From IMG/VR virus record IMGVR_UViG_3300021962_008382, positions 32,001 to 96,000 of that record: 64,000 nucleotides of DNA. One strand, 5' to 3'. The notes beneath the pieces were generated by a model. The model was not told the DNA's origin and made no database searches. It was given only the letters and a program-made list of their open reading frames with translations. The translations under genes were made by a program, and so were the position numbers. Below, piece after piece: positions 33,668 through 43,758 of the stretch. Numbering within the stretch: the first letter of the stretch is position 1; the number at the start of each line of letters is the position of its first letter. The stretch is from a virus.

Positions 33668-34768
33668 TTATCGAGTTTTGATAGCGCGCGAGAGATGTCT
33701 CACGTACTGATCAACCGTTGTGTTATTTTCAAACGAGCTAGCGCTGTTTATAGCGGTTTCTTCAACAAGAACCTGCTCTGGTGATTTACCTGTGTGAGTA
33801 GGGAAATAATTTTCCGTAATTACAGCAAGCTTTTCACGATACAGGTCTTCTGATTCAAAATCGACCCCTTCTACTAACTTTTTAAGTTTTTGTGCTTCAG
33901 TAGAAGTTAGATTTTTAGTCTGCTCTTCGAAGATACTAGCTTTTTTAACAGAACTAAGTTCTTTTGAAGTCTCGACATTCTTTTCAATTGCTTCATCAAG
34001 CTTAGCGCTTAATTCTTCGTTCTTAGCTTGAAGGTCAGCAAGTACATCATACTTCTCTTCAGGAATATCTATGTAATGTTCTTTGAAGAGTTCTTTCATA
34101 CCGGTAATGAAGTCTTCTGCAATCTCGGTACGAAGACCTGATTCAACAGCTAATGCATTCTCATCCATCCACTGTTCAACAACATAGTTGAGGTATGAAT
34201 CTACTTTTTCAACTAATGACTCAGTGTATTCTTTAAGCTGGTTTGCATTAGCTTCTTCTAATTTAGCAGTTACTTTTTCCATCTCGTGATTAACACGAGC
34301 GATAACAGCAGCTTCAAATATAGAAGTAGCTTTCGCTTTGAATTCCTCAGATAGTTCTTCTCCGAAAATTGAGTTTAGCTGAGCTGAAACATCAACGTCG
34401 TTTTCGGAAATAGCATTATCTTGTTCTTGTTTTTCTTCCATGTTTGGAACTTTTACTGACTTAGCGTCGCCTTTAGTGGCTGGGACTGGTGCTTTTGATA
34501 CTGAAGAAGAATTCTTGGCACCTAAATTAGTGTCATCTTCGTCAGATGTTGTGAAAGAAGCGTCTTGTGAGGATCCCTGCTTAGGCTGTGTGGTATCACC
34601 AGCTGTAGCTGCCTGACCTGCTTTAGAAGTATCCTTCTTAGCATTTGAAGCGGCTTTTGAGCCGGTGTCGGCCATTCCACCTGCAGCAAGGTTCTCAGTA
34701 GATTCTTCAGTCAGTTTTTGCTTATCTTTTCCAGATAGCAACTGTGCAATTTTACTTTCCACTGACAT
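33668..34768 (-). CDS. gp22: Prohead core scaffold protein
   Basis: LSEEFK.KA..IFEAAV, VDSYLNYVVEQW. Confidence 0.95.
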   Translation of the reverse strand: MSVESKIAQLLSGKDKQKLTEESTENLAAGGMADTGSKAASNAKKDTSKAGQAATAGDTTQPKQGSSQDASFTTSDEDDTNLGAKNSSSVSKAPVPATKGDAKSVKVPNMEEKQEQDNAISENDVDVSAQLNSIFGEELSEEFKAKATSIFEAAVIARVNHEMEKVTAKLEEANANQLKEYTESLVEKVDSYLNYVVEQWMDENALAVESGLRTEIAEDFITGMKELFKEHYIDIPEEKYDVLADLQAKNEELSAKLDEAIEKNVETSKELSSVKKASIFEEQTKNLTSTEAQKLKKLVEGVDFESEDLYREKLAVITENYFPTHTGKSPEQVLVEETAINSASSFENNTTVDQYVRHLSRAIKTR

Positions 34769-34804
34769 CCGTATTTCTCCTAAGAGTTTTTTGTTTAACG
34801 TTAT

Positions 34805-34812
34805 TATTTATA
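34805..34812 (-). promoter_or_regulatory. T4-type late promoter
   Basis: TATAAATA upstream of gp22. Confidence 0.8.
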
Positions 34813-34820
34813 TGGCTGAG

Positions 34821-35465
34821 TTACTTGATACTTCTCAAGAAAGAATTGAAAACCTTTAGTTTTGTTTCATTTAAACTGTGTTTTGACGCTTTCTTAATAG
34901 CTCTCTGCGCATACTCAACATCAACGGCTTTCCACACCCCGTTGTCTAAAATCCATTCAGCTGATTCCATAATGCCATTAACAAAAGCATCAGGGGCTGA
35001 TGGGTCGGCAACAATATCTACGGTTGCAAGATGAAAATCATCCTGTACTTCGTTGATACCGTCTTTTTCTTTTAAAGAGCCAAGACCACGCGAGGATACT
35101 CCCAATCTCACCCCTTCTTCAATAAAGTTCTGAGCAATCTTTCCCATTGGAGTGTCTAATACCTTGGCACGTCCAATAACATCATTGCCTGTGAACTTTA
35201 ACTCAGTAATAAGATGAGAAACATTATTTAAATTAATTTGAGGATTAGGAGGATGACCTAGCTCTCCTAATGCTCTTTTTTCTTTAATAAGATCTTGATA
35301 ACGGCTAACTTCTCTTTCCATAACTGCTTTTGGATAACGTCTGCCATTACGGTTGTCTTTATCTGCCTGCATAAAGATACCTTCAATAAAGATACCTTTC
35401 TTACCAGACTCTTTAGCTTCAGTAATATACTTAAGCTCTTGTGAAATTTCTTTAATTAGTTTCAT
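34821..35465 (-). CDS. gp21: Prohead protease
   Basis: IEGIFMQA, NRNGR.Y, ALGELGHP, GVSSRGLGS, DIVADPSAP. Confidence 0.97.
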   Translation of the reverse strand: MKLIKEISQELKYITEAKESGKKGIFIEGIFMQADKDNRNGRRYPKAVMEREVSRYQDLIKEKRALGELGHPPNPQINLNNVSHLITELKFTGNDVIGRAKVLDTPMGKIAQNFIEEGVRLGVSSRGLGSLKEKDGINEVQDDFHLATVDIVADPSAPDAFVNGIMESAEWILDNGVWKAVDVEYAQRAIKKASKHSLNETKLKVFNSFLRSIK

Positions 35466-35878
35466 TAGTATGGATCCACTCCAGGGCCTTGGTGTTGAAG
35501 GTTACGATCGATATAACCATTCCCTTTTGTAAACTGAATGATCATAGTACCTTGAGCGGCACCTAAATTAACTTCTACGTTAGCGTTAGCTTGGTCACCT
35601 AGTACACAGCCAATCTTTTCGGTAAGGTTAAACTCACCGGAGCCAGATACCGCTAGAATTAAATTACCACCCCTGGTAATATTAGCAGCATTACCAACAT
35701 CGTAAGCAATATCCGTAATAGTTAAAACTACGTTTGCAGGGGTAACAATCTGAGTATCAGTTGTAGCGTTCGGGCCAGGGTGAGCTAGCTCATAAATAGA
35801 GATATTGGCGTTACCAGACCCTACAATTGCAACGGCTGCTTGACGCTTTGTAATTTTTAAAATGCGTTTATCTGCCAT
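35465..35878 (-). CDS. Head-module hypothetical structural protein
   Basis: Coupled to gp21; position only. Confidence 0.7.
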   Translation of the reverse strand: MADKRILKITKRQAAVAIVGSGNANISIYELAHPGPNATTDTQIVTPANVVLTITDIAYDVGNAANITRGGNLILAVSGSGEFNLTEKIGCVLGDQANANVEVNLGAAQGTMIIQFTKGNGYIDRNLQHQGPGVDPY

Positions 35879-36842
35879 CGTTCATTCTCTTTTTCTTTTT
35901 GTGGTTACCGTGATATTCAGCAAGCATTATATCAAGATCCTCTGTATACACCTTATGAATACCGTCTTTGAATTCTACCATATACCATTCAACCTGACCT
36001 TCGTCATTAGGGTCAGCGTGCTGAGCTTCTAATACAACCCCGTCACCAAGAAGAGCTGAGCGAACGTGCTTAGCGCAGTAATGAACATCTTCTTTCCTGA
36101 TAATACCAGCATCTTCGAGATCTTTTTTGCGCTTTAAAGTATCTTCGATGTTTTTCTTGTACCATGCTTGTCTTTGAGCTAGGGTCTCCCCGGTCTCTTT
36201 TCTAGTTAGTTTATCCCAGCGGTCGTAGACTTTTGCTGCACCGAACAGCTTAGTTTTTTTAGCTTCTTCTATCTCACCTTCTTCTTTTTCACCTTCTTCT
36301 TTTTCATCTACATCTTGTTTGCTGTGCATTAAGAAGTCGTGAACAGAATCTAAATAATCAGAAGCCATGGTAAGCTTAGACTGTACCCAACCATCCAGCT
36401 GAGTATCATCATTCATTATTCTTGCGAGGCCAGATGCCTGATTTACCATGCGCATCAGCTGACCTTTTGCCATGGCTCCTTCATCATCAACGGCTTCTTT
36501 TACACTCGAGGTAGGTTTATTACCTACTATTCTTTCATGCGCTCTTTGAATGCCTTTTAAGCGCTGAGCGAGTTTAGTTTTAGTTTTCGGAATTCCGTAT
36601 ATAGGGTCTACAGCTTTCTTAACATAACTTGTTAGGGTCGATTTTTTTAGTTCATCAATCTGGGTTGATTCTTCAGCAACACGCTTAGCTGTCTTTGTAG
36701 CTATGGCCATCTTCATACCCATGGGCATATCTGGGTTTTCACGCTCAATAGCTTTAGCTACCTCTTCACGCTTCTTTTTTTCGGCGGAGGTAAGAGTCTT
36801 TTCTGTAATATGATTTCGAAAAGAGAAAAAATCTTTAGACAT
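35868..36842 (-). CDS. Putative internal head / prohead core protein
   Basis: N-terminal FFSFRNHITE and repeated hydrophobic-x-E sites (IDE, VKE, IEE) resemble gp21 cleavage sites. Confidence 0.65.
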   Translation of the reverse strand: MSKDFFSFRNHITEKTLTSAEKKKREEVAKAIERENPDMPMGMKMAIATKTAKRVAEESTQIDELKKSTLTSYVKKAVDPIYGIPKTKTKLAQRLKGIQRAHERIVGNKPTSSVKEAVDDEGAMAKGQLMRMVNQASGLARIMNDDTQLDGWVQSKLTMASDYLDSVHDFLMHSKQDVDEKEEGEKEEGEIEEAKKTKLFGAAKVYDRWDKLTRKETGETLAQRQAWYKKNIEDTLKRKKDLEDAGIIRKEDVHYCAKHVRSALLGDGVVLEAQHADPNDEGQVEWYMVEFKDGIHKVYTEDLDIMLAEYHGNHKKKKRMNDGR

Positions 36843-37026
36843 GGTCGCTGGTCTCTGTATCTTCTTCTGGTGCGGAATAGACGTTTTGAGCTATTTCCAT
36901 TTTCTTATCGTTAAGCGCAGAGTCTAATTTTGATGCAAGGATTGCATAGACATCTTCCTGCGCCTCTGCATTTTCACCGTTAATAATTTTGTTAACTAAA
37001 TTGTTGACTAATTCTTTATCTGACAT
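36835..37026 (-). CDS. Small acidic prohead core protein (gp67-like)
   Basis: Size, acidity and position after the portal; GATAAATA at 37044-37051. Confidence 0.65.
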   Translation of the reverse strand: MSDKELVNNLVNKIINGENAEAQEDVYAILASKLDSALNDKKMEIAQNVYSAPEEDTETSDHV

Positions 37027-37046
37027 AAATCACCCATTAATATTAT

Positions 37047-38591
37047 TTATCTTACTTCTCTGCTTAGAGCAGCTACTTGTTCAGACCCCGGCATTCCTGG
37101 TTGCGATACTGGAGGCTGTTCTTCATTTTCTGCTTCTATTCTTTCTATTTCCGCGTCGGTCATTTTAAGAACATTCTTTTTAACATAACTTTGACTGAAA
37201 TATACTCCAACGTACGGAGACATTTGATTCAATACGTCAAGTCTATTTCTTAAATTCTCAGCTTCTTTCATTTCTTGATAATATTGATCTTGAGCATACT
37301 TGTAATTTATACTTTGTTTTATTTCTTCCCATTCATCTAATCTAATTACTTTTTTAAGCACCAATTGTGTCTTAAGAAGATCATCAAACAGAGCATTAAA
37401 TTTTCTACGGAGTCTAGAAATAAACTTTGCAAATTTAATTTCATCTCTAGAAATTTCAGCCTGTCTGCCGAAATTAAAACCAGATGATTCTTGAAATCTT
37501 GATGTAGGTACATTGAGCGATTGATATACTTTATTCTGAAAGTATTCAATATCTGCGATCTGACCAAGATTCTCTCCTCCAGGTAGAGTACTAATCTCAG
37601 TACCTCTTCCCCCTTCTCGTCTTGGTAACCAGAAATCTTCTAACATAGTCATGAACTTACGGTCATCTTTAATTTCACCCGTGGTGGAATCATAAACAAT
37701 CTTATTTCTATATCTGGTCATTAAATCTTTCATATATTGTTCAGCTTTCTGCTTCGGCAGATTACCAACGTCAATGTAGAAGATTCTTCTTTCTGGTGCG
37801 CGGGATAGACGATATATTACTAGCGAATCTGCCATCATCTTAAGCTGATTAACAGGCTTAATAGCTTTATGAAGGTATCCGTTTATAATATTTCTGTCAA
37901 GATCTAATAGACCGGAAGGAACAAAAGTAACTGCATCAGGGCTTATCTTTATTCCTGTGTTTGTTTGAGCAGGAGCAGCACCCGGAGTATATGACATACC
38001 TTTTTCATTATAAAGAAAATACTCGTCAACAGATTGAATAAGCTCGACGCCTGTATCGTCAACTTTATCTTTTTTAACTTCCCTTACTTTACGAATTTTC
38101 TTAGGATCAATATATCTTAATTCTAAAATTCCTGCAACAGGCTTTGAACTATTAATTAATTTTTGATAGTACAGTCTTCCGTCTACGTACCATCTTCTAA
38201 AAATGTCATGGGCTTTATCTTTAAAATCTAGAAGTTGAAGAATCTTATCAAATTCTTCTCTTATAGATTCTTTTATGGAGTCCGGGATTTCAAGATTATC
38301 AACATCGATAGTCACAGGGTTCTCGCTGTCGATAGCAGCGATTGCCTCTGTGACTATCTCTTCTATAGCGTTATCACAATCTGGATACTTTGCAATCTCT
38401 CTATATCTGGAAATTAGATCTGCTTCATTTCTAGCTGTAGCGTCTATATCGACGTAAGTGCCGTAGTAACCCCCGGCATTTACTGTAGACGCACCGTCAT
38501 CAGACACAGGCGTGATGAATTCTTGCTTCTTCGACGGCTGTGTCTGATCGGTTTCACGACCAATCGTAAATCCAAATAAGGTAATCGCCAT
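37047..38591 (-). CDS. gp20: Portal protein
   Basis: FRRWYVDGR, YRLSRAPERRIFYIDVGNLPK, EDFWLPRREGGRGTEI. Confidence 0.98.
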   Translation of the reverse strand: MAITLFGFTIGRETDQTQPSKKQEFITPVSDDGASTVNAGGYYGTYVDIDATARNEADLISRYREIAKYPDCDNAIEEIVTEAIAAIDSENPVTIDVDNLEIPDSIKESIREEFDKILQLLDFKDKAHDIFRRWYVDGRLYYQKLINSSKPVAGILELRYIDPKKIRKVREVKKDKVDDTGVELIQSVDEYFLYNEKGMSYTPGAAPAQTNTGIKISPDAVTFVPSGLLDLDRNIINGYLHKAIKPVNQLKMMADSLVIYRLSRAPERRIFYIDVGNLPKQKAEQYMKDLMTRYRNKIVYDSTTGEIKDDRKFMTMLEDFWLPRREGGRGTEISTLPGGENLGQIADIEYFQNKVYQSLNVPTSRFQESSGFNFGRQAEISRDEIKFAKFISRLRRKFNALFDDLLKTQLVLKKVIRLDEWEEIKQSINYKYAQDQYYQEMKEAENLRNRLDVLNQMSPYVGVYFSQSYVKKNVLKMTDAEIERIEAENEEQPPVSQPGMPGSEQVAALSREVR

Positions 38592-38609
38592 AACTAGTTA
38601 AATACTCAC

Positions 38610-39188
38610 TTATTGATTATTAAATAAACCAGCGAAATCAACTGTACCGCCAGCTGTTGTGGTGGACGTGGTGAAGTGCTGATACTGCCAGGTAACAGTA
38701 AACTGTGAGATCTGATCGTTAGCACCAAAGTCTAATGCCACTGGCGACAGGTCTACAGGGAACGCGTTAACTAGCTTGTAAGACTTAAGTACGTTACCAT
38801 TTCTATCTAGCTGGAATACGTCTAAATCTCTTTGATACTGAGCTGGCTGTAATCTGCCGGTCTTAGTAGCATAGTCTTCCATTCCACCCATCCATTCTTC
38901 TATAGCATTTCTAATGGACATTTCTGAATCGTTTAGAACGGTAATAGTCCATGGTGCGAAGATACGATCGCCAACAAATTTAACCTCACGGCCGCGATAC
39001 TGCACGACCGCTGGGTTAACTGTCTGACCTGGTAGCTCTGCAACTGAAACTAAGAACGGTGAACGCGCTACGGCAGTTGCTTGACCAGTTACATACGTTG
39101 GGTATGATAACTGTACAGCAAACTGGTTAGGGCGAGCACCACCATTGGTAAGAGCTGATTTAAAACGCTCTACGTTAAATGTAGTCAT
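38610..39188 (-). CDS. gp19: Tail tube protein
   Basis: GGARPNQF, GDR.F.PWTITVLND, QLDRNG. Confidence 0.95.
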   Translation of the reverse strand: MTTFNVERFKSALTNGGARPNQFAVQLSYPTYVTGQATAVARSPFLVSVAELPGQTVNPAVVQYRGREVKFVGDRIFAPWTITVLNDSEMSIRNAIEEWMGGMEDYATKTGRLQPAQYQRDLDVFQLDRNGNVLKSYKLVNAFPVDLSPVALDFGANDQISQFTVTWQYQHFTTSTTTAGGTVDFAGLFNNQ

Positions 39189-39200
39189 CTATTCTCTCCC

Positions 39201-40874
39201 TTATGCGCCAACTTCTTCGAATGCAATACCAGATCTGGTTGCAATGAAGTTCAACTTAATGAAGTTAATCGAGCGTGATGGCTTAACATAAATGTCAGCT
39301 ACAAACTCGTTTCTATCGATAACTTCACCTGTGTTGTTTGTTTCATCACACACAACCTTGTATTCTGTAACACCGCGGCGACCTTGTACATCACGAAGGA
39401 ATGGTTCTACCAGATTACGGAATTGCGCGCGAGTAAAGGCATCATTGAACTCGAACAGCTGGAATTTAGCTGCCGAAGCAATTGCTTTCTCGATCGTGAT
39501 GAACAGTCTGCGTACATTTATTCTATCGAACGCAGATGGTTTAGCAAGCAGAGTCTTATCACCATACAGAACAGTACCCTGACCAGGCATTGAAACTACC
39601 GGATTAACCCCTTTTCTGTATAAGCTATCCCGCTGAGTTTTCGATGGCGACCAGGCTAGCTTAACTGAATTTTTAATCTGACCGCGGTTTAGACCAGCTG
39701 GCGAGAACCAAGGATCAGCGGTATAATCAGTACGAACTGCTGTACCTGCTACGTCACCATTTAAAGGAATCCAGCGGTATACATCGTTATAGCGGTCGTA
39801 CTGGTATTTCCAGCCCGAATCCATTACTGCGTAGGATGAGGATGGAAGAGCATCGCGATATGCAGTAACATCTGTTACTTCTGAACCACCGTTGTTGTAC
39901 ACATCGTCTAGATCTGGGGATACGAATACTACACAATCTTTACGAGCTTCAGCTATGTTTGTAATTACATAACTCGCTACTGCATTAGAAACTGCGCCTA
40001 CCGGAATTAGCGAGATATCGTAAAGTTCATCATTCGCAAATGTTAAGAACCCTACCATGAGGTTACCATCGTTAGGGGCATCGGCAGATACACCACCGGC
40101 TAGCGATACTGTAACGTTAGCTGTTAGGTTAGCAAAGGTTACACCTTGAGCAGATGAACCCCAGTTTGAACCGGCCGATGGGTGATCCATCCACCAGATA
40201 TATTTCGACTGATTGTTTAGTACGTCTTTGTAATAAGCAGATGTACCGTCTGGTCTCTTAGCATCGGTAGCTTTCGAAAGATAAGAAAACTTCTCTAGAA
40301 CACTACCAGATACACCTGTCCACAGACCGTCTTCATCAATTACAATTACATGAAGTTCATCATGGCTTCCGCCAAGATCGCTTGCGTATGTAGACGTAGA
40401 AGGGGTTGTATCGAATTGCGAGGCATAAGCCCAAGAGCTATATGTATTAGCATCTGCTACGGAAACTTTTAATGAGTTACCTAATGCACCTGGATACTTA
40501 GCTGCAAATTCACCTACAGTTGCAGATCCATCCGAATAAGTATCTTCATATTTGGTTTCGTTTGTAATAAGTAGGGCGTTAGCTGATTGTACAACGGCGT
40601 TTTTAGCAGTAGCTTTGTTAACAACGCGGACTACCTGTAGGTTGTTTCCATATGACAGAAAGTTAGCAGCAGTAAAGAAAGATTGATAAACCGTACTGTT
40701 TGGTTTACCAAATCTTTCTACTAATTGATTTTCTGATTCTACAACAACAACTTGATCTACAGGACCCCATTGAAAAGCACCAGCAAAACCGCCAGCAGTA
40801 GTAGCAACCGCAGGAACGACAGCTGTCAGATCCTTTTCGGTAACTAGAACACCTGGTGAAAGCTGAAAGGTCAT
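39201..40874 (-). CDS. gp18: Tail sheath protein
   Basis: LSPGV..TE.D, F.WGP, FLSYGN, PWFSPAG, FDRINVRRLF. Confidence 0.97.
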   Translation of the reverse strand: MTFQLSPGVLVTEKDLTAVVPAVATTAGGFAGAFQWGPVDQVVVVESENQLVERFGKPNSTVYQSFFTAANFLSYGNNLQVVRVVNKATAKNAVVQSANALLITNETKYEDTYSDGSATVGEFAAKYPGALGNSLKVSVADANTYSSWAYASQFDTTPSTSTYASDLGGSHDELHVIVIDEDGLWTGVSGSVLEKFSYLSKATDAKRPDGTSAYYKDVLNNQSKYIWWMDHPSAGSNWGSSAQGVTFANLTANVTVSLAGGVSADAPNDGNLMVGFLTFANDELYDISLIPVGAVSNAVASYVITNIAEARKDCVVFVSPDLDDVYNNGGSEVTDVTAYRDALPSSSYAVMDSGWKYQYDRYNDVYRWIPLNGDVAGTAVRTDYTADPWFSPAGLNRGQIKNSVKLAWSPSKTQRDSLYRKGVNPVVSMPGQGTVLYGDKTLLAKPSAFDRINVRRLFITIEKAIASAAKFQLFEFNDAFTRAQFRNLVEPFLRDVQGRRGVTEYKVVCDETNNTGEVIDRNEFVADIYVKPSRSINFIKLNFIATRSGIAFEEVGA

Positions 40875-40924
40875 GTTCTTCTCCTTATAATGTGTAATTT
40901 TTCATAATAAAAATCTCTCGTGTA

Positions 40925-40932
40925 TATTTATA
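40925..40932 (-). promoter_or_regulatory. T4-type late promoter
   Basis: TATAAATA upstream of gp18, part of the palindrome TATTTATAAATA (40925-40936). Confidence 0.8.
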
Positions 40933-40944
40933 AATAGCAAAATT

Positions 40945-42606
40945 TTAACGAGTATAATTTTCACGTATGAATGCTTGGAGATCTTTATTATATGAGTCTG
41001 TAAGCCAGAGATCACTGCCTGCTACTTCTACTGCATCTTCAGGTACACCATTATCAATAAAGCCGAATGGTGTTAAATCTTCTTCTATATTCTTAATTTG
41101 TTGGCTGTATAAGGCTTTACGGTTATTAGAATTCATTAGATCTTTAAATAACGGGTCGTTAGAGGCCCATGCAAAAAGAACTAAAGTCATTACTAAGTCG
41201 TCATTATATCCTTCATCTGCTTCAAACGACCCTTTATTTTCAACAAATGTTGAGATTTCGGAAATAATATCTTTATCAAAAATTAACAGTTTACTATTTT
41301 CAACCAGAGATTTTAGAGATGAACAACCTATTCTCTTAATCTGTTTGGTTGTTCTAATACCTAGGCTGGAGTTTTTACCGGATATAGATAGCGTCTGACC
41401 GTACCTTGCATCGCTCCCCACCCATATCATATTTTCATATTCTAATTCATTATATATTAAATCAGCAACTTGTTGACCTATATCATTTATCTCAACAAGA
41501 ATATAAGCGTTATTATAATCTTTAGCCAGTTTTACTATAATATCCGGGTACAACAGCGGGCTGATTGTATTATTGCGATATTTAGCTACTACAGAAAACG
41601 GATACTTTGTAGTATCAATAACGGTAAAAGCAGAGTAATCTCCTCCTACCCCTCTTGATGTATCTACTGTTATAAAATAAGAATTATTTAATTGAGGAGA
41701 TTCTAGTATATCTAGATTATCTTTTTCGTATATGTAACTCTTCGGTGAAAGATTAGAAATAACATCAGGGGAGATAAGTGTGTTAGTGGAACCTAAGAAC
41801 TTACACAACACCTCTTGATTAAACTTAACTTCACCTAGAAGTGCTTTCTGCTCTTCAGCCCACTTTAAATCTCTCTTTGGATGTTCGAAATATTCCACTT
41901 TAATTGGAATAAATCCGTTTGTACCTCTTTCTGCTTCATTCCAAAACTTCCAGAAGTGGTTATATCCTAGCGGAGTAGATGTAAGAATGATCTTGGTTGT
42001 TTGACCGGCTGATACTACGGGATATACGGATGTAAAGAATTGCTCTGCGATGTTATTTGGTACAATTGCCACCTCGTCCACATACAGTAAGTTTACTGAC
42101 TTACCACGAATACCAGACTGAGATGTTGCTGCTGTAAATACGGATGACCCGTTCTCAAGCTCTACGTCACCCTTATTCCATGTCTTTATACCCTGCTGCA
42201 TCCACAAAGGTAGGTTTTCATACATTAATTGATAACGAGATAAAATTTCCATTGCACCATCTGATTTGTGTGCAAGGATAGCAACTGTTTTGTTTCTATT
42301 AAAAAGCGTATACCAGAGAACATATGCAGCCACTACCTGGGACTTACCCATCTGTCTAGGCTGCATACTAATAACGCGTCTATTTTCTTGAATTGCATTT
42401 AGAAATCTTTCTTGATAAGGAAAGAGATCAAAAGGAATAAGCATCTCTGAGTCAAGAGATACTATCTGGCAATATTTACGAATAAAATAGATCGGGTCGT
42501 CTTTGCAAATCATTAATTCAGATACCTGTTCTGAGGTATACTGAATTACGAAACCTATTTGCTTGAGTGATCTATTACCGTTGTAGGAGTTTTTACTTTG
42601 AGTCAA
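40945..42606 (-). CDS. gp17: Terminase large subunit
   Basis: PRQMGKS, YVDEVA, STPLG.NHF, VD.SRG.GGDYSAF, DDLVM. Confidence 0.97.
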   Translation of the reverse strand: MTQSKNSYNGNRSLKQIGFVIQYTSEQVSELMICKDDPIYFIRKYCQIVSLDSEMLIPFDLFPYQERFLNAIQENRRVISMQPRQMGKSQVVAAYVLWYTLFNRNKTVAILAHKSDGAMEILSRYQLMYENLPLWMQQGIKTWNKGDVELENGSSVFTAATSQSGIRGKSVNLLYVDEVAIVPNNIAEQFFTSVYPVVSAGQTTKIILTSTPLGYNHFWKFWNEAERGTNGFIPIKVEYFEHPKRDLKWAEEQKALLGEVKFNQEVLCKFLGSTNTLISPDVISNLSPKSYIYEKDNLDILESPQLNNSYFITVDTSRGVGGDYSAFTVIDTTKYPFSVVAKYRNNTISPLLYPDIIVKLAKDYNNAYILVEINDIGQQVADLIYNELEYENMIWVGSDARYGQTLSISGKNSSLGIRTTKQIKRIGCSSLKSLVENSKLLIFDKDIISEISTFVENKGSFEADEGYNDDLVMTLVLFAWASNDPLFKDLMNSNNRKALYSQQIKNIEEDLTPFGFIDNGVPEDAVEVAGSDLWLTDSYNKDLQAFIRENYTR

Positions 42607-43009
42607 TTATATTAGCCTTCTGCGCACTTATTAATTTCATAAGTTCTGCTGTAGACCCTGCAAATAATATATTGTTAGTTTGATTACCTATCTTTGATGT
42701 AGGTACCTCATCACCTTTTAATTCACGATTCTGCTTTTGCACCGATAGAAGGCTCTTAGCAATTTCGGTTTGTGTCTTAATCAACTGACCGGCTACTTCG
42801 TATGCAGATCCTCTCTCAGACCTCTTAGCGTTATCTACCATGTTATTGATGAGATCGTTATTAACATCAATAAGTTTTCTAAGAGTATTTCTTGCCAGAT
42901 TAAAATCACTAGTAATCTCATCAGTATTATCTTTCTCGATAATAGGAGATATTTCTTGTATAGCAAGTTCTACATTGAAAAGATTGGAAAGATTTTGATC
43001 CATTAACAT
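42593..43009 (-). CDS. gp16: Terminase small subunit
   Basis: DF..AR, AYEVAGQLIK, NN..F.GSTAEL. Confidence 0.9.
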   Translation of the reverse strand: MLMDQNLSNLFNVELAIQEISPIIEKDNTDEITSDFNLARNTLRKLIDVNNDLINNMVDNAKRSERGSAYEVAGQLIKTQTEIAKSLLSVQKQNRELKGDEVPTSKIGNQTNNILFAGSTAELMKLISAQKANIIDSK

Positions 43010-43758
43010 TAGAAATCCTCAAACATTTCAATGAAATCAATATCATCCCCTGGTACAGCAGTTCCTGGATCTACCGTTGCACTGTATCTTAGTATCTGTT
43101 GAGTTCTCGCTTCATCATTAAAGATATTAGCAATAGAAGTACGAATGAGACTTTGTCTGCTCGCCGGTCCAAAGAAGTTAAGCTTGAGTGTAAAATTAAG
43201 TGTCCATATAATAGATCTACGAGAAGTAAAATTACCTTCATAAGTATCTTCGTAAGCCACATTATCTAATACGATAGATAGGTCGTTCTTAATATTCATA
43301 CTCGGAACAGCATTCAATGTTAAGTTAAAATCAGGATTGAAATAAGGAAGAATCTGCTCTATTACCTGCAGACCGTCATCTTGATTTTTTGAATACAGGT
43401 ACAACGACATAGAAACATTATATGGTGTTGGTACAAATTGAACAGTACTGGTTGACGTTGAGGTATTATTTACTCTATTTTTTTGAACCAGACTTAATTT
43501 TCTATTTGGGTCGTAAGACAGACCGGTCATTTCAAACGCCATTCTAGGCAAACTTATTTGAAATTTAGCATTTGGAAGATCTGGCTCAGCTTCAACTCTT
43601 GCTAGAAATTTTTGTCTAGGTGCGTACGACAAGGGTACTTTCAACGTCTGTACAACGTTACCAGACGAATCTAATCTATCGAGGTAGATATCGTTAAATA
43701 TATTACCAAAAGCTACAACCGATTTTCGAATCGTACCCCAGTAGAATTTTTGAAGCAT
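43009..43758 (-). CDS. gp15: Tail sheath stabiliser
   Basis: FG..FN, VPLSYAP..KFL, LPRMAFE, EQILPYF.P. Confidence 0.95.
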   Translation of the reverse strand: MLQKFYWGTIRKSVVAFGNIFNDIYLDRLDSSGNVVQTLKVPLSYAPRQKFLARVEAEPDLPNAKFQISLPRMAFEMTGLSYDPNRKLSLVQKNRVNNTSTSTSTVQFVPTPYNVSMSLYLYSKNQDDGLQVIEQILPYFNPDFNLTLNAVPSMNIKNDLSIVLDNVAYEDTYEGNFTSRRSIIWTLNFTLKLNFFGPASRQSLIRTSIANIFNDEARTQQILRYSATVDPGTAVPGDDIDFIEMFEDF

